Shown: positions 18,819 to 30,695, counted from the stretch's first letter. The stretch: DNA of 64,000 nucleotides from an uncultured Candidatus Rokubacteria bacterium (GCA_963805625.1 CAWDVE010000019.1:320001-384000); one strand, 5' to 3'. The notes: generated by a model from the sequence alone, not told the origin. A program made the numbers and translations.

Positions 18819-18834
18819 TGGCACGTCGATTGCG
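18819..18834 (+). promoter_or_regulatory. Sigma-54 promoter for second receiver
   Basis: TGGCAC-GTCGA-TTGCG. Confidence 0.8.
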
Positions 18835-18859
18835 TCTCGCTCTCAAGAGGTTTTGCATC

Positions 18860-19252
18860 TTGGCTACCATATTGGTTGTGGACGATGAGCCGGACCTGGT
18901 GACGAACTGCCAGCGACTCCTCCGGCCGCTCGGGCACGTCCCTCTGAGTGCGAGCACGGCCGCCGATGCGATCGCTGTTATCGACCAGGAGGCTCCCAAC
19001 CTCGTCGTCACCGATCTACGGCTCTCAGGACCCGATGGACTTACCGTGGCCCGGCATGCCCGTACCCGCGTCCCACCGATCCCGGTGCTCCTCATCAGTG
19101 CCTACGATTCCCTCGGCATGAGGGATGCCGCGAGAGAGATCGGGGTCAACACGTTCCTTGCGAAGCCCTTCGCGAACGCCGCTTTCCGGCAGGCCGTCGA
19201 GCGTCTCCTGGAGGACAGGACCTCCGGATCGACCGATGACGCGGTTCGGTAG
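18860..19252 (+). CDS. Stand-alone response regulator receiver (paralog of 8429..8812)
   Basis: ILVVDDEPDLVTNC, TDLRLS, ISAY, LAKPF; TTG start. Confidence 0.9.
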   Translation: MATILVVDDEPDLVTNCQRLLRPLGHVPLSASTAADAIAVIDQEAPNLVVTDLRLSGPDGLTVARHARTRVPPIPVLLISAYDSLGMRDAAREIGVNTFLAKPFANAAFRQAVERLLEDRTSGSTDDAVR

Positions 19253-19258
19253 CGGCCG

Positions 19259-21310
<2,052 letters not shown>

Positions 21311-21339
21311 TCAGGTCGAGCCAATCCGTTCCAGCAGCC

Positions 21340-21528
21340 CTATCCGTAGCCGGGACGGTGGAATACGGTCGCGTTTCCCCCGGCCACGTAGTGCCGGTCG
21401 AGCACGAGGATCGAATGTCCCCGGCGAGCGAGGAGGGCGGCAGTCGTCAATCCACCCATGCCCGCCCCGACCACGATGGCATCGAAGGTGTCTTGCTCAA
21501 GGGTGCGGAAGCGATCCCGCCTGATCAT
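21340..21528 (-). pseudogene. N-terminal fragment of FAD-dependent oxidoreductase (phytoene desaturase-like)
   Basis: FDAIVVGAGMGGLTTAALLA..VLDRHYVAGG then stop after 62 aa. Confidence 0.7.
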
Positions 21529-21536
21529 GATCGGGC

Positions 21537-23315
21537 TCAGCTCGATTTAGAGCGCCGCTTCGCTGGGGTCCGGTTCGAACCCCGCCCTTGGGCCGGGCGT
21601 GCCTGCTGCGTCCAGGCGAGCAGCTCCTTCGCTGGTCGCGCGTTCACCACCGCGGACTTCTCGATCCAGCCACGCCGGGCGGTCGCGACACCGAGCTCGA
21701 GGTTGTCGAGGTGGTCCAGGACGTGAGTATCCGAGTCGATCGCGACCAGCGTTCCCAGCTCGTGGGCGCGTCGGGCGTGGACGTCGTTGAGATCGAGGCG
21801 CTGGGGATACGCGTTGATCTCGACCGCCTTGCCGTAGCGCTGGGCTGTCTCGAGGACACGGTCGAGATCGAGGTCGTAGGGCGCCCGTTCGCCGATGAGG
21901 CGGCCCGTCGGATGAGCCAAGATGTGAACCTGGGGGTGCTCGAGGGCCCGGCAGAGCCGGCGGGTCATGTCGGCTCGGCCCTGTTTGAAGGCACCGTGGA
22001 CCGCGGCGACCACGAGATCCAGCTGCGCCAAGACCTCGTCTGGGTAGTCGAGCCGCCCGTCGAGAAGGATGTCGCACTCGCTCCCGGCGAGGATCGTGAT
22101 CTTCGGGTACTTCCGCTGGACGGCCCGGATCCGGGCCACGTGAGCCCGCAGCTCCTCCACGGTGAGACCACGCGCGATTCGAGCCGACGGGCTGTGATCC
22201 GTAATGGCGACGTAGGCGCGGCCGCGCTTCAGGGCGGCCGCGACCAAGGCCTCGATCGTCGCATGCCCATCGGACGCCTTCGTGTGGCAATGGAGATCCC
22301 CTCGAAGGTCGTCGAGCTCGATCAGTCTCGGCAAGGCGCCGCGGAGCGCGGCCTCGATCTCGCCGGTGTCCTCCCGGAGTTCGGGCGGGATCCACGGAAG
22401 CCCCACGGCCGCGTACACTTCCTCTTCGGTGGCCCCGGCCACCCGGCGACCGCTCGTGTCCCGGTAGACGCCGTACTCCGAGAGCTTGAGCCCCTTCTTC
22501 ACAGCCATCTCACGGATCCGGATGTTGTGCTGTTTGGATCCGGTGAAGTAGACAAGGGCGGCTCCGAAGCTCTCCGGCTCCACGACGCGGAGGTCGACTT
22601 GGATCCCTTCCGTGTGTCGGATCGAGGCCTTCGTTGACCCCCGTTCCAGGACCTGTCCGACCTGGGGCAGTCGCACGAAAGCATCCATCACGCGGATCGG
22701 TGTCGTGGACGTGATCAGGAGGTCGAGGTCCCCGACTGTCTCCTTCATGCGCCGCGCCGACCCCGCCAGGCTGATCTGCTTCACTCCGGCGACGGCTCCC
22801 AGTACCCGCACCAGCTCGCGGCCGATGGGGAGCGCCTGTCCGAGCGGCATCCTCTCCTGGCCCTTCCGGACGACCCCGATGCCGGCCAGGATGTTCTGCT
22901 CCGTCTTGGCCTGGATGCCCCGCAGGCCGCGGAGCTTGCCGGCCTTGGCGAGCGCCTCGAGGCGGGCGACGCTGGTCACGCCTTGCTTCTCGTAGAGCAG
23001 CCGGGCCGTCTTGGGCCCGATGCCGGGGATCCCCATCAGCTCGACGACGCCCGTCGGGATTCCGCGCCGGGCGGCCGCCAGGTCCTTCATCCGTCCCGTC
23101 TCGAGGTGTTCGGCGATCTTCGCGGCGAGGTCGGTCCCGATCCCCGGGACCTCCTCGAGGCGCCGCTCGCGAGCAAGGACTTCCACGTCCTCGGTGAGAC
23201 TCTGAAGATTTAGCGCCGCGCGTCGGTAGGCACGGATGCGGAACGGATTCTCGCCTCGGATCTCCAGGAGATCCGCCATCAGATCGAACTGGCGGGCGAT
23301 CTCGAAGTTCTTCAC
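21537..23315 (-). CDS. polX: DNA polymerase X with PHP exonuclease domain
   Basis: ENPFRIRAY, GSARR..VGDLDLL, YFTGSKQHN, GDLHCHT..SDG, ITDHS, AHPTGR; GTG start overlaps upstream stop. Confidence 0.94.
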   Translation of the reverse strand: MKNFEIARQFDLMADLLEIRGENPFRIRAYRRAALNLQSLTEDVEVLARERRLEEVPGIGTDLAAKIAEHLETGRMKDLAAARRGIPTGVVELMGIPGIGPKTARLLYEKQGVTSVARLEALAKAGKLRGLRGIQAKTEQNILAGIGVVRKGQERMPLGQALPIGRELVRVLGAVAGVKQISLAGSARRMKETVGDLDLLITSTTPIRVMDAFVRLPQVGQVLERGSTKASIRHTEGIQVDLRVVEPESFGAALVYFTGSKQHNIRIREMAVKKGLKLSEYGVYRDTSGRRVAGATEEEVYAAVGLPWIPPELREDTGEIEAALRGALPRLIELDDLRGDLHCHTKASDGHATIEALVAAALKRGRAYVAITDHSPSARIARGLTVEELRAHVARIRAVQRKYPKITILAGSECDILLDGRLDYPDEVLAQLDLVVAAVHGAFKQGRADMTRRLCRALEHPQVHILAHPTGRLIGERAPYDLDLDRVLETAQRYGKAVEINAYPQRLDLNDVHARRAHELGTLVAIDSDTHVLDHLDNLELGVATARRGWIEKSAVVNARPAKELLAWTQQARPAQGRGSNRTPAKRRSKSS

Positions 23316-24267
23316 GGGGCGGGCCCCGCGTGGTTCTGGTCCTGGTACGCGTGGATGACGTACTCCTGGAGCATCCGATGGGCGTTGAAGAACGAGGCGT
23401 TGGGCGCGATGGCCAGCCGCATCACCTCGGCCCAGCTCGCGGGCCGGTCGGCGTGAAGCGGCAGGATCGTCTGCTCGAGCGTCTCGTAGAGATGCCGTGC
23501 ATCGTCCGCGGCCTCGGACGCCCCGTCCCGGCGGCCGCTCGACCAGCCGGTGACCCCTTCGACATGGCCGTCGAGCCACCAGCCGTCGAGGACGCTGAGG
23601 CTGGGGACCCCGTTGTGGGCGGCCTTCGTGCCGCTGGTTCCCGAGGCCTCCAGGGGAGGCCTCGGCGTGTTCAGCCAGAGGTCGACACCGGCCGTGACCT
23701 GCCGGGCGAGCTCGAGGTCGTAGTCGGGCAGGTAGGCGATCCGGACGTCGGGCGCGAGCTCGGTCCTCCGGCTGACGATCTCTTGGATCAGGTTCTTGCC
23801 CTCGGTGTCTTGCGGATGCGCCTTGCCGGCGAAGACCACTTGCAGCGGGCCGCGCGCGGCGGCGAGTCGGCGAAGGCGGTCAGGGTCGCGAAGCAGGAGC
23901 GTGGGCCGCTTGTAGACTGTGGCTCGGCGGGCGAACCCCAGCGTGAAGCACTCGGCGTCGAAGTGTGCGGGCGTCCGCTCGTTCACCGTGTGGACCAGCT
24001 GCGCCTTGGCCTCCCGGTGGGCGCTCTGGATGGCGGTCACGGGAATCCCCAGCGCGTAGCGCAGGGAGAAGCTGTCCCGCCTCCAGTCCGGGATGTAGCG
24101 GTCGTACAGGGCTGCGAAGGGCGGAGCGGTCCAGGTGGTCGAGTGCACCCCGTTCGTGATGGAGCCGACGTGTCTCCGGCCAGCACGCCGAGACCGCCGC
24201 TGTACGTAGGGATGTGGCTCTCGAGGACGATTTCCATGGAGAAGTAGGCAATCACCCCCTCAGTCAT
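23312..24267 (-). pseudogene. glgP: Alpha-glucan phosphorylase with large internal deletion and frameshift
   Basis: [21 protein letters not shown] abuts out-of-frame SITNGVH; C-half keeps GFARR..YKR, FAGKAHP, EASGTSGTK, LDGWW. Confidence 0.85.
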
Positions 24268-24327
24268 CACGAGGGCCCGAGAGGCTGCTGTCCATCCCGA
24301 GTCGCCCCAGCAGGTCTCCGGTGAGCG

Positions 24328-24756
24328 TCAGATCCGGCTGCGCCCGAGCTCGTTTGCCAGAGTGGAGGCAATGTGGCCCAGCTCGCTGCCGATCAGCATC
24401 AGGAGGTCATCGAGCGAGATGATGCCGACCAGCTTGCCTGACTGGCTCACGACCGGCAGGCGTCGAACCCCCCGGCGGCTCAGGAGCTTGGTGGCGTCGA
24501 GGACTCCCGCGCTCTCGTGAATCACGGTGGGCTTCCGCGTGATCAGCGAACCCACGCGGACGACGGCCGGGTCGCTTCCCTGGGCGACGACCTTCACCGC
24601 GATGTCCCGATCGGTCAGGACCCCGATCGGCTTGCCACGACCGTCGACGACCACGACGGCGCCGACCTTCCGGCTCCACATCCGGTGGGCAGCCTCTCGG
24701 ACCGTGGTGTCGGGTGACGCGGTGACTGGAGGCTTGCTGCAGATCTGTCCGATCAT
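24328..24756 (-). CDS. CBS-domain pair protein (Hrp1/Rv2626c-like)
   Basis: VGAVVVVD..GVLTDRDI; VRRLPVV..GIISLDDL; RBS GAGGAG. Confidence 0.92.
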   Translation of the reverse strand: MIGQICSKPPVTASPDTTVREAAHRMWSRKVGAVVVVDGRGKPIGVLTDRDIAVKVVAQGSDPAVVRVGSLITRKPTVIHESAGVLDATKLLSRRGVRRLPVVSQSGKLVGIISLDDLLMLIGSELGHIASTLANELGRSRI

Positions 24757-24803
24757 CGTCGATCTCCTCTTGGGCGTGCAGCGTTGTCAGCACTACCGCC
24801 TGG

Positions 24804-24819
24804 TGCAAGGGCCGTGCAA
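24804..24819 (-). promoter_or_regulatory. Variant sigma-54-like promoter (GG changed to TG)
   Basis: TTGCAC-GGCCC-TTGCA, with well-formed enhancer boxes upstream. Confidence 0.45.
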
Positions 24820-24879
24820 TGAGGAGGGCCTCGGCCGGACTGGGCCGATGCCCATCAAGGCCGGAGGACGTGCGAGCCG

Positions 24880-24916
24880 CGTCCCGCCGCTGCCCCAGTG
24901 GGGCGGCGGCGTCCCA
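24880..24916. promoter_or_regulatory. Tandem enhancer boxes
   Basis: CGTCCC-GCCGCT-GCCCCA (24880) and TGGGGC-GGCGGC-GTCCCA (24899). Confidence 0.65.
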
Positions 24917-24979
24917 CCGGAGAGGTGTTCCGGCCTCAGCGCGAGGGAACACCCGCGCCTGGTCCCCGTCTCGGGTTGA

Positions 24980-25165
24980 CTAGCGGGTGATTCGAGCCAG
25001 CAATGACTCGAGCCGCGCTTCCAGGGGCGCGCGCGGCTGCATGCCGACAAGGCGATCCCTCGGGTGGCCGCCTTCGAAGAAGAGCAGGGTCGGGATCCGC
25101 TGGTCGGCGCCCGCAGGACATCCTGCGCCGCAGCCGTCGCACCGGATCTCGGTAGGCGCGCCCAT
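24980..25165 (-). pseudogene. Thioredoxin-2 (TrxC)-like remnant lacking the WCxxC core
   Basis: IRCDGCGA N-terminal Zn-knuckle half joined almost directly to C-terminal IPTLLFFEGG..DRLVGMQP. Confidence 0.65.
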
Positions 25166-25169
25166 CAGC

Positions 25170-27641
25170 TCAGCCAACCCTGGTCGTGGCGGGCCCGGAC
25201 GGCGGTGATGGCAGGGCGGAAGGCCCCTGGCCGCCAGGGAAGGGGGCGGCGGTGCCCCGTTCGGCCTCGGCGATGGCCTCGAGCCCCCGGACCAGCGCAT
25301 CTGGGTTCAGTGAGATGCTCGTGATCCCCCGCTCGACCAGGAAGCGGATGAATTCCGGGTAGTCACTGGGAGCCTGACCGCAGATGCCGATCTTCCGGCC
25401 GGCCGCTCGCGCCGCCTCGATCACCGATGCCACCATCGTCAGCACGGCCGGATTCCGTTCGTCGAAGATCGGCGCGACGAGCTCGGAGTCCCGATCGACA
25501 CCCAGCACGAGCTGGGTGAGGTCGTTGGATCCGATCGAGAAGCCATCGAAGACCCGGGCGAACTCGCGTGCCTGGAGGACGTTCGAGGGGATCTCGCACA
25601 TCACGTAGATCTCGAGATCTCGCTCGCCTTGCCGGAGCCCGTGCTCGGCCATCAAGGCCACGACGTGCTCGCCTTCTTCGGGGGTCCGGCAGAACGGGAC
25701 CATGAGCTTGACGTTGGTCAATCCCATCTCGTCGCGCACCCGCCGCATCGCTCGGCACTCGAGGGCGAAGCCTTCCCGGTAGTGGGGATGCGCGTAGCGG
25801 TACGCACCCCGGAAGCCGAGCATCGGGTTGGCCTCTACGGGCTCGAATGCCTTGCCGCCCACGAGCCCGGCGTACTCGTTTGACTTGAAGTCGGAGAGAC
25901 GGACGATCACGTCCCGCGGGTAGAACGCCGCGGCGATGACGCCCACGCCTTCGGCCAGGCGGTCGACGAAGTACTCCGCGGGATCGGCGTACCCGCGCGT
26001 GAGCGTGTCGATTGCCGCGCGGGCCGCCGGGTCGGAGACCCGCTCCGGATGCAGGAGGGCGAGCGGGTGCACCCGAACCACGCTCGCGATGATGAACTCG
26101 ATCCGGGCCAGGCCCACGCCGTCGGTCGGCAGGACACTCAGGCGAAACGCCTCGCTCGGATTCCCGACGTTCAGCATGACCTTGGTGAGTCGCGATGGCA
26201 GGTTCGCGAGATCGACCGTGCGCAGCTCGAAAGGCACGGCGCCACGGTAGACGGAGGCAAGCTCGCCTTCGGCGCAGCTCACCGTCACGGTCTCGCCTTC
26301 CGGGATGAGCTCCGTGCCCCGTCCAGTGCCGACCACGCACGGGACGCCGAGCTCCCGGCTCACGATGGCGGCGTGGCAGGTGCGGCCGCCGCGGTCGGTG
26401 ACGATCGCCGCCGCGCGCTTCATGACTGGTTCCCAGTCGGGGTCGGTCATCGGGGCCACGAGCACCTCTCCCGGGGCGAGCCGGGCGAGGTCCCGTGGGT
26501 CCCGGAGGCGCCGCGCCCGCCCAACACCAACCCGCTGGCCGATCGCCTTGCCAGAGACCAGCCGCTCGAAGCCCGCCGTCGGGCCGAGCGCGAACACCTG
26601 GATCAGCGGCCGGCGCTTCGCCCCGTGTACCGTCTCCGGGCGCGCCTGGAGGATGTAGAGGCGTCCGTCCGTCCCGTCACGCGCCCACTCGATGTCCATC
26701 GGCGTCGGTCGGCCCGCCTTCGCCGAGTAGTGGGACTCGATCGCGATTCCGAGGCGTGCAAGCTCGATCACCTCGGGATCCGTCAGGCTGAGGCGCGTGC
26801 GTGCCTCGGCTGGAACCTCGACCCGCATGGGCGTCCCGTCGGGGCCGAGCCCGAGCTTCCAATCCTTTCGGCCGAGGGCGCGCTTGAGGATTGCCTGATG
26901 GCCGGCGCGGAGGGCCGGCTTGAAAACCCAGAACTCGTCGGGATCGAGCTGACCCTGGACGATCGCCTCGCCCAGGCCGTAGGCGCTGTTGATCACCACG
27001 ACGTCCGGTGAGCCGCTTTCGGGGTCGAGCGTGAACAGGACGCCGGCCGCTCCGAGATCGGCTCGGACCATGTGCTGGACGCCGACCGAGAGGCGGACCG
27101 CCAGGTGGTCGAAGCCATGCTGGATCCGGTAGACGATCGCGCGGTCGGTGAAGAGCGAGGCGAAACAGCCTCGGCACGCCGCGATGAGGGCGTCGGCGCC
27201 TCGCACGCCGAGGTACGTCTCCTGCTGCCCGGCGAAGCTCGCCTCGGGCAGATCCTCGGCCGTCGCGCTCGAGCGGACGGCGACGCTGGGGTCCGGCCCG
27301 CCCTCTCGGGCGAGGGCGTCGTAGGCTTCACGGACCTGCCGCTCGAGGTCGGCTGGCCAGGGTGCCTCCACGATGAGCCGGCGAAGCGTGGCCCCGGCCT
27401 TGGCGAGAGCGGTCACGTCCTCGCCCGACACGCCCTCTAGAAGCGCCTGCAGGCGGTTCCGGAGTCCGGACTCGTCAAGGAGCGCGGCGTAGGCCTCGCC
27501 GGTGACTGCGAAGCCATTCGGTACCCGCACGCCCGCTGCCGTCAGCTCACCGTAGAGCTCGCCGAGCGAGGCGTTCTTGCCCCCGACCCGTGGAAGGTCG
27601 TCGAGGCGGATATCCCGAAACCACGCGATGTATCCCGTCAC
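25170..27641 (-). CDS. ppsA: Phosphoenolpyruvate synthase
   Basis: VGGKNASLGE, AVRSSATAEDLPEASFAGQQ, GGRTCHAAIVSRE, SDFKSNEY, FSIGSNDLTQ, ICGQAPSDYP. Confidence 0.96.
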   Translation of the reverse strand: MTGYIAWFRDIRLDDLPRVGGKNASLGELYGELTAAGVRVPNGFAVTGEAYAALLDESGLRNRLQALLEGVSGEDVTALAKAGATLRRLIVEAPWPADLERQVREAYDALAREGGPDPSVAVRSSATAEDLPEASFAGQQETYLGVRGADALIAACRGCFASLFTDRAIVYRIQHGFDHLAVRLSVGVQHMVRADLGAAGVLFTLDPESGSPDVVVINSAYGLGEAIVQGQLDPDEFWVFKPALRAGHQAILKRALGRKDWKLGLGPDGTPMRVEVPAEARTRLSLTDPEVIELARLGIAIESHYSAKAGRPTPMDIEWARDGTDGRLYILQARPETVHGAKRRPLIQVFALGPTAGFERLVSGKAIGQRVGVGRARRLRDPRDLARLAPGEVLVAPMTDPDWEPVMKRAAAIVTDRGGRTCHAAIVSRELGVPCVVGTGRGTELIPEGETVTVSCAEGELASVYRGAVPFELRTVDLANLPSRLTKVMLNVGNPSEAFRLSVLPTDGVGLARIEFIIASVVRVHPLALLHPERVSDPAARAAIDTLTRGYADPAEYFVDRLAEGVGVIAAAFYPRDVIVRLSDFKSNEYAGLVGGKAFEPVEANPMLGFRGAYRYAHPHYREGFALECRAMRRVRDEMGLTNVKLMVPFCRTPEEGEHVVALMAEHGLRQGERDLEIYVMCEIPSNVLQAREFARVFDGFSIGSNDLTQLVLGVDRDSELVAPIFDERNPAVLTMVASVIEAARAAGRKIGICGQAPSDYPEFIRFLVERGITSISLNPDALVRGLEAIAEAERGTAAPFPGGQGPSALPSPPSGPATTRVG

Positions 27642-27762
27642 GGTACCGTCCTCGACTCCGCCCGAGCTGCCATCCAGCTCACTCGAGAGCCGCGAGATGC
27701 GCCAGCAGAGGCCACGGTCAGCACGATTGGGATCCGAGCCTGAGCCGGCAGCCGTTGGGGCA

Positions 27763-28221
27763 CTATGAGCCAGCTCCCTCCGTCGCTGCGGGCGCCGCCC
27801 GCCTAGTCACGACCGCGCACGGCGCGGCCCGGACGACGCGGTCGGCCACGCTTCCGAGGAGGAAGCGCTCGAGAGCGCCGCGGCCATGGGTGCCCATGAC
27901 GACGAAGGCGGCACCTTCGCGCTTGGCGGTCTCCACGATCTCGTGGTGAGGGGCGCCGGTGACGACGCGGGCGAGCGTGGGAACACCTTGCCCGCGGCAC
28001 TCGGCCGCGCGCTCTTCCAGCGCCTTCCTGGCCCATTCCCGTTGCTCCTCGAAGACACGTTCCAGCTCGCGTGCCCCGGTCAGCCCCTCGCGGAACAGGG
28101 GTGCTTCCACGGCGACGTGGAGCAGCACCAGCTCGGCCCCGAGGGCGCGGGCGAGCTGCACGGCGAGGCCCCGGGCCTGCTCGGCGCAATCCGAAAAGTC
28201 AGTTGGGTGGATGATCGTCAT
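27763..28221 (-). CDS. Universal stress protein
   Basis: IIHPTDFS ... MGTHGRG..LLGSVADRVVR; RBS GGAGGAG. Confidence 0.92.
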   Translation of the reverse strand: MTIIHPTDFSDCAEQARGLAVQLARALGAELVLLHVAVEAPLFREGLTGARELERVFEEQREWARKALEERAAECRGQGVPTLARVVTGAPHHEIVETAKREGAAFVVMGTHGRGALERFLLGSVADRVVRAAPCAVVTRRAAPAATEGAGS

Positions 28222-28248
28222 CGCGGCTGCTCCTCCCGGCGGAGAGAC

Positions 28249-28264
28249 TGCAACGACAATGCCA
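28249..28264 (-). promoter_or_regulatory. Sigma-54 promoter for USP-ppsA
   Basis: TGGCAT-TGTCG-TTGCA. Confidence 0.85.
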
Positions 28265-28315
28265 CGAGCAAGGGCCCTCGACCGGCCAGCCAGGGCGCCG
28301 AAACGCGTTCCAGGA

Positions 28316-28352
28316 TGGGGCGCCGATGCCTCGCCGGGGCGATTGCACCACG
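28316..28352. promoter_or_regulatory. Tandem enhancer boxes
   Basis: TGGGGC-GCCGAT-GCCTCG (28316) and CGGGGC-GATTGC-ACCACG (28335). Confidence 0.65.
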
Positions 28353-28504
28353 AATACCCGGTGACGGGTGACCACTCGAGCCGGCCCTGGGGCGATGGAT
28401 GCGCGGCGCAAGCGCCTCCGAGGAGGGCCCGTGGCGACGCGCTTCAGCCGGCAGGGGACGCGAGAATTGTGACCACGACGTGACCACGCGCGTCCGGAAG
28501 CGAT

Positions 28505-29185
28505 CTATTGGGCCTGATCGCGCTCGGACGTGGATGTCTTGGCCTGTTCCTCCTCCGAGTAAGCGGAGAAGACCACGTCGGCGCGCGCCATCTTCCGGTA
28601 GAAGGCATGCTCACGGGCGAGTTCCCGGGTTCCGTAGAACAACTGGTCGAGGCCGAACCACACCGCGAACCACCCAGCCGGCTCCAAGAGCACGTGAAGG
28701 ACGGTACGGGCGACGGTCTCCGGCTGTCGCCTGAGCAGCGCCGACACCGTCATGACGGTGAACCCTGCCACTGCGACGGCCAAGCTTCCCCACACCGCCC
28801 GACGGCGCTCGCTTCTGAGGCGGTCGGCGTGCCTCCGGAAGTGATCGCGGAGACGCTTCCGGATCGTGGCCTCGTCGTTGAGGTTGCGCACGTGGGTCGG
28901 CACCAGAAAGCGGAGCTCGGGCACCTCGTCACGACGATCCCGCACCGCGCGCTTGGCCTCGGCCACGAAGTCCTCGGACAGTGCCCGCTGGCCATAGGGA
29001 CGGGGATCGAAGTCGGAGAAGATGTCCTCGTACGTGTCCAGCCACAGGCTGACGGCGCCGACGGCCGGGTTCGGCTCTCGCGTGCGATCGCTGCCCGGGG
29101 TGGTCTTGCCGGTGGGCGCTCGACCGGGGGTGGTCGCCCCCGATGCTGCCGTCCCCAGACCCGTCCGGCCGGCTTGCCCGGTCAT
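28505..29185 (-). CDS. Hypothetical two-TM membrane protein
   Basis: LDTYEDIFSDFDPRPY..RALSEDF domain plus two hydrophobic helices (EPAGWF); ATGA coupling to upstream gene. Confidence 0.75.
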   Translation of the reverse strand: MTGQAGRTGLGTAASGATTPGRAPTGKTTPGSDRTREPNPAVGAVSLWLDTYEDIFSDFDPRPYGQRALSEDFVAEAKRAVRDRRDEVPELRFLVPTHVRNLNDEATIRKRLRDHFRRHADRLRSERRRAVWGSLAVAVAGFTVMTVSALLRRQPETVARTVLHVLLEPAGWFAVWFGLDQLFYGTRELAREHAFYRKMARADVVFSAYSEEEQAKTSTSERDQAQ

Positions 29186-30132
29186 GCCCGCGCCGGTGGC
29201 GTCACCAAGTCCACATGCGGGCGCCGTCGACATGAGCGAGCCCGGGCTCGACGAGGGAGCCTCACGCGGAGCCCATGGCACTCCACTTCCCGACCGCGGA
29301 CGACACGCTGACCGGCGAGCGGGCCCTGCGTCTCCGTGACGACCGTGTCCTGCCCTTCTCGATGATCGTGGTCGTAGTGGTAGACCACCACCCAGTCGTG
29401 GGTGCGATCGAGCTCGTGAGCGCGCGCGGTGTTCGAGTAGAGTGCGGTGAAATGCCATCGCCCCCGATGCGTGTGGAGCACGGGCAGCCAGGGCTTTCCC
29501 TCGGGGTTGAACCTTCGGGGTGCGATCATCCGCAGTTCGCCCGCTGCGGCTTTCTCTCGGTACTCGCGATCGACGTCGAGCAGCATCGCCACCCCCGGGC
29601 CAGTCGGTTCGTGATGGACCGTCCGTGTCGAACCGAGCAGGCTCTGCAGCGCGCCGCGGATCGCTGCGGCGCGGCGGGCGCCGATTCCCGGCACCGCCTC
29701 GAGGCGCCCGTCATGTGCAGCGATCTCGAGGCCTTCCAACGTGTCGATGCCCAGCGTGTCGTGGATGCGGTGGGCAAGGCCGGGGCCGATACCGGGGACC
29801 GTCTGGAAGACACGCACCGGATCGAGCGTGCCCCGGAGCCGCTCCAGCTGGCTCCACCGGCCGGTTCGCAGCATCTCGACGATCGCCGCGGCGATGCCTT
29901 GGCCGACGTGGGGTAGCGCGAGCAGCCCCTCCACGCCCTCTCCCTCGAGGACCTGCCGGAGATCGCGATCCGCGTGCGCGACGGGGTCCGCCGCCCGACG
30001 ATACGCGGACACGCGAAACGGATTCGCCCCCTGCTGGGCGAGGAGATCGGCGACTTGGCGAAGCTTGGCCGCGATTCCCTGATTCACCGACGGCAATGCG
30101 GGCGCGTGCGACGGTTCGGGTCCGGGCGTCAT
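29182..30132 (-). CDS. Helix-hairpin-helix DNA-binding protein (PolX N-terminal-like, no polymerase core)
   Basis: ANPFRVSAYRRAA, LPHVG, VPGIGP, VPGIG repeats, then APRRFNP..WLPVLH..TALYSNTARAH domain. Confidence 0.82.
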   Translation of the reverse strand: MTPGPEPSHAPALPSVNQGIAAKLRQVADLLAQQGANPFRVSAYRRAADPVAHADRDLRQVLEGEGVEGLLALPHVGQGIAAAIVEMLRTGRWSQLERLRGTLDPVRVFQTVPGIGPGLAHRIHDTLGIDTLEGLEIAAHDGRLEAVPGIGARRAAAIRGALQSLLGSTRTVHHEPTGPGVAMLLDVDREYREKAAAGELRMIAPRRFNPEGKPWLPVLHTHRGRWHFTALYSNTARAHELDRTHDWVVVYHYDHDHREGQDTVVTETQGPLAGQRVVRGREVECHGLRVRLPRRARARSCRRRPHVDLVTPPARA

Positions 30133-30491
30133 CAGAACGCGAGCTTCCCCGCTCGCAGCTGCGCCCGCGGACTTCCACCTCCGCGCACCTCGTGGGTGCC
30201 ACGATCCCAGACAACCACTGGGCCAGCGTCGTACTGCCCGGGCGGGATGATCCCCTGGAAGCCGATGTACTCCACGGGATGGTCGGGCACTCTCACTGCG
30301 AGCCGTCGCTCGGCAGGGTTCATGGAGGGGCCCTTGGGCACGGCCCACGACGTGAGCACGCCGCCGAGCTCGAGCCGGAAGTCGTAATGCAGGCGGGATG
30401 CCTTGTGCTCGTGGACTACGAAGCGCCCCCGTACGACGCGGTCGGTCTGCCGTTCGCTCCGGCTTGCGCGCCCGGTGTCAGCGCCGCACAT
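30132..30491 (-). CDS. LigD 3'-phosphoesterase (PE) domain, probably C-terminally truncated
   Basis: [39 protein letters not shown]; ends at GKLAF. Confidence 0.75.
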   Translation of the reverse strand: MCGADTGRASRSERQTDRVVRGRFVVHEHKASRLHYDFRLELGGVLTSWAVPKGPSMNPAERRLAVRVPDHPVEYIGFQGIIPPGQYDAGPVVVWDRGTHEVRGGGSPRAQLRAGKLAF

Positions 30492-30570
30492 AGACCCAGA
30501 CGATCACCGCGGCGACTAGCACGACGACGGCGGCCACGATCGCCCACTGATCCTGAATGGCCTCGACCAT
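30478..30570 (-). CDS. 30-aa single-pass membrane peptide
   Basis: GAGGAGG RBS; [30 protein letters not shown]; lies just downstream of a sigma-54 promoter; below ORF-track cutoff. Confidence 0.65.
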   Translation of the reverse strand: MVEAIQDQWAIVAAVVVLVAAVIVWVYVRR

Positions 30571-30626
30571 CGGTATCCTCCTCGCTCCGCTCGAAGCGGG
30601 CCGGCGAGCTCATGTGCCGACCACCC

Positions 30627-30642
30627 TGCATCGCGAGTGCCA
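30627..30642 (-). promoter_or_regulatory. Sigma-54 promoter
   Basis: TGGCAC-TCGCG-ATGCA. Confidence 0.8.
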
Positions 30643-30695
30643 GCTTGGGCCCGCGGTGGCAGCCACGCGCGGCTCGGAGTCGCCCGGCATCGTCC

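Noticed and set aside
21537-23579. ORF-track N-terminal extensions (polX, kbl, pdhC, pncB, USPs, receivers and others)
   Set aside because: They overlap upstream genes or promoters; downstream starts with RBS or stop-start coupling fit the families better
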